Below are positions 43,609 to 64,000 of a DNA stretch of 64,000 nt, piece after piece. The stretch covers positions 640,001 through 704,000 of the forward strand of contig CBDBZY010000064.1 in the NCBI GenBank assembly GCA_965213685.1, given 5' to 3'. The translations under genes were made by a program, and so were the position numbers. How positions within the stretch are numbered: position 1 is the stretch's first letter; every line of letters begins with the position of its first letter. Source of the DNA: a bacterium (GTDB lineage Bacteria > UBA8248). The notes beneath the pieces are model-generated. The model made no database searches and was not told where the DNA came from. It was given only the letters and a program-made list of their open reading frames with translations.

Positions 43609-44862
43609 ATGGATACTAACGTAACCAACTCGAGCGACAACGCTACGGCGTGTTATTTCGAGGGTGGGTCAGACGCTACTTCCAATACCAACTCCGACTG
43701 GAACGTCTATCCACCAGAACCGGAAGAGAGAGTCGACAACGGATACTTCAATGTCCTTCTATTCGGAAAAACAGGCATGGGGAAAAGTACAACAGGAAAC
43801 AAACTTTTAAACAGCCACTCAGCAGAGCAGGTCATTCGCCGATGGGAGATGGAAGGGGACGAGGGATACCTGTTGGTTCCTAGCGGAGAGGATGGCGAGC
43901 CAAAGTACTTCGAAGAAGGAAAGGAAGACTCAACCAAATCTACGACAACGGTTTGTGAACTTCTCAGCGACGAAAGCGGAGAATTGGACGGAACCAAGTT
44001 TCGCGTTCTGGACGTGGAAGGATTTGCTCCAACTAACCGCGGTGAGGGCGAGTCTTGCAAGCAGAAAAATCTTTCCATTCTACGCAGAGTGGTGAAAGTT
44101 CAAAACTCTATGAATCTTTGCTTTTCTCGAATCCTTTACTTTATTCCCTCACGCGGACGGCTCCAGAAAGCGGACTATAACATCTTCGAAGAACTTCAGG
44201 TCTTACATCACTTCTTTGGCAGAGACATATTCCACGCCATGATCGTTATTGCTACGGAAGACCCACTGGATGACGTACAAGAGTGGCCACAAAGAAAACT
44301 AGAACTGACAAAGGCAGCATTTTTAGATGCTTTATGTGAAGTCATCGGCCGAACTCACGATCCCCCTGATCCACCAATTGTGTTTTTACCACACTCAGCA
44401 ACCGCTAGTAAGGTCAGGATGTCGATTAAGAGCATTCATGTGAACTGCGAGTCGTTTGTTTTGAAGTTTCGTCAGGGAGTGTGTCACCGCTGTGGACTGG
44501 AGTTCACAGCTCGAAAAGTGGACGGAAAGGTATTCGGCCTAACCTGCACTGCAGACACAAGGACTATCCCATACGGTGAAACCAAATGCCATCCTATGAT
44601 AGTTACCAAGTTCACAGGAGTCGAAAAGTTTGCCGCTAATGTGATACACATTGCGACTTTAGGAGCAACGTACGTTTACAGAAAGAGCCTTGGCATTCCT
44701 GGCTTTGGTGTGAGCTCGCATGAGTGGTGTCCACATTGTCAACAGAAACCAGGTTCTCCGGGCTGTATTCCAGTGGAACAAATCTATGAATACCGTCCAA
44801 GGGAGAGTCTGTATTGTACAACTGTACAGGTCAATCACTCAAGCAATATCAAAGAGTCATGA
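43609..44862 (+). CDS. AIG1/GIMAP-like P-loop GTPase with Cys/His-rich C-terminus (intronless, 417 aa)
   Basis: VLLFGKTGMGKSTTGNKLL (G1), STT (G2), VLDVEGF (G3), FG..IF..MIVIAT (AIG1 box). C-terminal CHRC, CHP, CPHC..PGSPGC. Confidence 0.8.
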   Translation: MDTNVTNSSDNATACYFEGGSDATSNTNSDWNVYPPEPEERVDNGYFNVLLFGKTGMGKSTTGNKLLNSHSAEQVIRRWEMEGDEGYLLVPSGEDGEPKYFEEGKEDSTKSTTTVCELLSDESGELDGTKFRVLDVEGFAPTNRGEGESCKQKNLSILRRVVKVQNSMNLCFSRILYFIPSRGRLQKADYNIFEELQVLHHFFGRDIFHAMIVIATEDPLDDVQEWPQRKLELTKAAFLDALCEVIGRTHDPPDPPIVFLPHSATASKVRMSIKSIHVNCESFVLKFRQGVCHRCGLEFTARKVDGKVFGLTCTADTRTIPYGETKCHPMIVTKFTGVEKFAANVIHIATLGATYVYRKSLGIPGFGVSSHEWCPHCQQKPGSPGCIPVEQIYEYRPRESLYCTTVQVNHSSNIKES

Positions 44863-46833
44863 CTCAACAACTGATTATGCAAAGCTCTAATTACAGCACA
44901 TAATATAGGCGTAGCTACTGTGCCTAAATTTTGAGTATAATAACTTTTATGTATATAAATGACTACAAAATTCAATGCTTTCATTTTAGGCTCATGCACC
45001 CAATACGAGTGTCGCCTTTGTCTTATCAACCGTTTTCAGGACTTGTATTGCACAGCCACGAACTGCAGGCGGCTGTTCTTCGTGAGATTCATAGTTTCTC
45101 TACTACGTGCATGGTCGCTGCTTCTCATCAGAAATATGAATCTGCCTTTTTTTAGCCGGTCGAGCCGAGCAAAAACAGGTCCGACCATTGCCTATTTAGG
45201 ATACCGTTTGTCGTTAAAGTTCTATATAGGGCTGAAAACGAAGGTATACCGTGGCAATACTTCTCCCCAACGGTATGGTTTATTAGGAGAACGAAAGGCT
45301 GTTTATAAAAAAAAGGCGTTGTATACGGACCTCGAATGGGCTAGCTAAAAGTGGACGATCTCTAGTTCTTTCCGCTATAATTGGCATTTCCAGGCGAAGA
45401 TACTTTGATGAAAATATTTGCGACATTTGACCACACGTACAGCCGCGCTTGTACAAGATACACACTCCATGTTTTGCTGGGGTGTTTTCTGACTCTTTCT
45501 CTCTTTGTGCTCCACGTTATATAGCCCAGTTTCTATGTGTGCGCCAACAGGAGGTTGTTGAATCTACACGGGCTGAACATGCCCCCTTCGGTATATTCCA
45601 CCACTTTCAGGAGGAGGGTAGGGACCACTTTCAGGAGGAAGGTGCAATGTCATGATCTCAAAGTGGGGTTGGGAACAAGGGAGGAGTTCTTCCCCACTTT
45701 TTGATTCCATGCAGTATAACCATTGTTCCAACTCCCATGCACTTTTCATGAAAGGTGTAATGACATTTTATGCCTTCTAAAATAGCTGCTGATGCAATCC
45801 TGGGTACTATTGCAAGACCTAATCGCCTTTCATCGTTTTACATCATAGTGAGCAACTACCGAGAGGGCGTGACTCTGCAGCACAGAACGCAGCAGTTACT
45901 ACCGTGAGTACGAGTTAAAGCACTGCAAAAACAGAATTGTTCCTTTAACAAAGACCTTTGTCATGTGAGTTGCACCTGTGTAACCTTGTCCATACTTCAC
46001 TCTCAAGTACTACACAATCACAACATTTCCTTGTCATGTGGCCACAGTACAGCCCAAAACAGCTGTGATGATATCATTTGTAGTATATGAGAGTACAATT
46101 TACATACATCTGCAACTCCCATGACAAAGGTCTTTGAAAGGAACAATGTCCTTTTTTATCTGAGTGACGCGAGCGCGCGCTTGAAATGCGTAAACGTGGG
46201 CGGGGAAGGGTCTTGTTACGGCCCTGAATAAAGGACGCGCAGCGGTCGAAAGTGTTTCTGCACGAAGCGCGAAAATATTCGGGCCAGTAGTTTGGGTCCG
46301 TGTGCGTCTGCATGACGGTACGTGAAGTATCAGGGGTCACGCCTCCCTCGCCTTCAAACGTGGAGCGGCTCAGGCCGCCCCTGCCGCCCCGCTTCCGACG
46401 GCCCTGTAAAAGCACAGATGTTGTACATGTATGCCATAGCAACTGACTATACCTTTACACTATATGATCATCTTATAGACTATATCACTTCTACAGGTGT
46501 ACGAAGATGCATGTAGAGGGAATACCACTTGCTATTGTGTCAGAAGCCAGTGTATGTACTAAACTAAAGAGTGAATGTTGGAAGTGCACACACTCCTGGT
46601 GCAGGACAGCATTCTTGTTCACTTTATTTAATGCCTCGCCAAGCGAGCGTTGAATCACGAGATTGGTGTAAACGTACGTAAATTCATGCGCGCACGTGCC
46701 GTGACTCGTGACTTAACAGGCTGTGTTCTGTACCGTGTATGCATGGAACAGAACCTTTGAAGTCACGAGTCAAACAGTTCGTCAGCAGTTCTGCTTGGTT
46801 TTGCAGAGGAGCAAGAGACGAAGGAGAGCCGAC

Positions 46834-62576
<15,743 letters not shown>

Positions 62577-62959
62577 CCGACCACTGGGCATGTGCTGCCT
62601 GCTAGTAAATACATGAGTGATTGGAACAAATGAACTATTGTTGACATTTTAGCTTGTCGTGAATAACCGTAATTGTATTGTGCGTGCATTGTTTTGCATG
62701 ACATGTACATGTAGGCTGCTGATTGAGGCAGGACCAGTGGGTAGCACTGGCCTGCACTGCAATTGATTGTACTATTACAATATGAGCAGTACATCTATGC
62801 CAGTTGGATAAAACAGTGTAGGGCAAGAATGTAGGGGAAGTACTGCATGTACGTGTATGTAGATCCTACCATGTGCAGGAAAGCCCTACATATAAATGGT
62901 TTCAGACATGAGTTGTGTAAACTGAGACAGTTGGTAGCAGGCTACAATAGTGGCTACCC

Positions 62960-63268
62960 TAGTCTATCGAGCTAGACCCTACTCTGAGCATGAAGTGCGA
63001 GTAGGGTCTAGCAGATGTTATTAGTATGCATTGCCCAGAGGTTTGACACATCCTCATGCAGCTACATGTACTTATCACATGTTTACTCTACGTAGGCCTA
63101 TAGTGCAGTGGTTTTCACACATACTTAACACGTGGATAATATTACCTCTAATTACTGCTCCAGATTCAGCTACTGAATCTGATTGGTCAGAATTTAATGC
63201 ATACTAATAACCTCTGCTAGACACTACTCCGCTTTGCGCTCCTGAGTGGGGTCTAGCTCGATAGACTA
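62960..63268. mobile_element. Academ-like non-autonomous element with 9-bp TSD
   Basis: TGGCTACCC|TAGTCTATCGAGCTAGACCC ... GGGTCTAGCTCGATAGACTA|TGGTTACCC. TAG..CTA termini; subterminal hairpins at both ends. Confidence 0.75.
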
Positions 63269-64000
63269 TGGTTACCCTCACCAGCTTACTCCCAAACTGT
63301 GTGACCCTCAGTACTTGTCAAACTGGACATTCTCGATCTGTTCCACATGACAATGATTTCTGTCACATATACTCTGCTGGTATGCAAACTATTCACAATA
63401 GACATGTGAAGTGCTGTATCATGATTGTATTCCAGAAGCACAACAGTCATGCATGTGACATTGAACATGACAGTGGTTACAGTCATGTAACAGTGGGACT
63501 CTGCACTGGTATGCAAACTATTTGCATTTTTGGAGACACATGAAGTATGCATGAAGATGCATGTAGTGATCTTAAGTTAGCTCCAACATGTACAGTAATT
63601 GGAATGTGTTAATAAGAGTGCTTCAGTTGTACAAGTACGTACAATGTCATGTAGATGGAAGGACTTGCACTCATATGGATCTGCAGCTGTCACCCCCCCC
63701 CCCCCCCCACACACACACACACACACATACTTGTGAGAGACTGGGTGTCTCCACAGTCTCTGGTTTGAGTTGGTTGGTCTGAGTTTGCTTTTGGACACTG
63801 CAGTGTCCTTCCTGTTAGGTGTATTTCCTATTACATTCCCCCTAGGTTTTGTCATTTTCCCCATCTTGTTTGTATAAAAGCTGTATGTATAATATTATAC
63901 TAATGTTGTATTGAAGTGACTGATTGTGTGGTATGACATGGGCTCATGATCACTAATGTGACTGTTGCAGTGATGCATGCCAAACCCTCCTCCCGATCCC

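Overview
Eukaryotic, intron-containing, repeat-rich animal DNA. The gene families and repeat types fit a demosponge best (inference, not proven). The right third is a 21-exon housekeeping gene for V-ATPase subunit a (46834-62576), whose introns are full of TACATG repeats, tRNA-derived SINEs, TA-flanked MITEs and a deleted ISL2EU transposon. The left two thirds form a transposon-riddled block of lineage-specific, mostly immune-like or cell-surface genes. These are a MACPF-like pore former with a nonsense codon in exon 2, a duplicated secreted precursor with repeated amphipathic peptide cassettes plus a PLAT domain (one intact copy, one with a stop), an O-fucosyltransferase-like gene, a sulfotransferase, a Death-domain adaptor, a 1300-aa beta-helix multi-pass membrane protein with a truncated duplicate, and an AIG1/GIMAP-like GTPase. 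Also present are catalase and ankyrin gene remnants, CR1/L2-like, CRE-like and other LINE fragments, Penelope remnants carrying hammerhead ribozyme cores, and Kolobok-, hAT- and Academ-like non-autonomous elements. All assignments come from reading motifs by eye; no searches were run.
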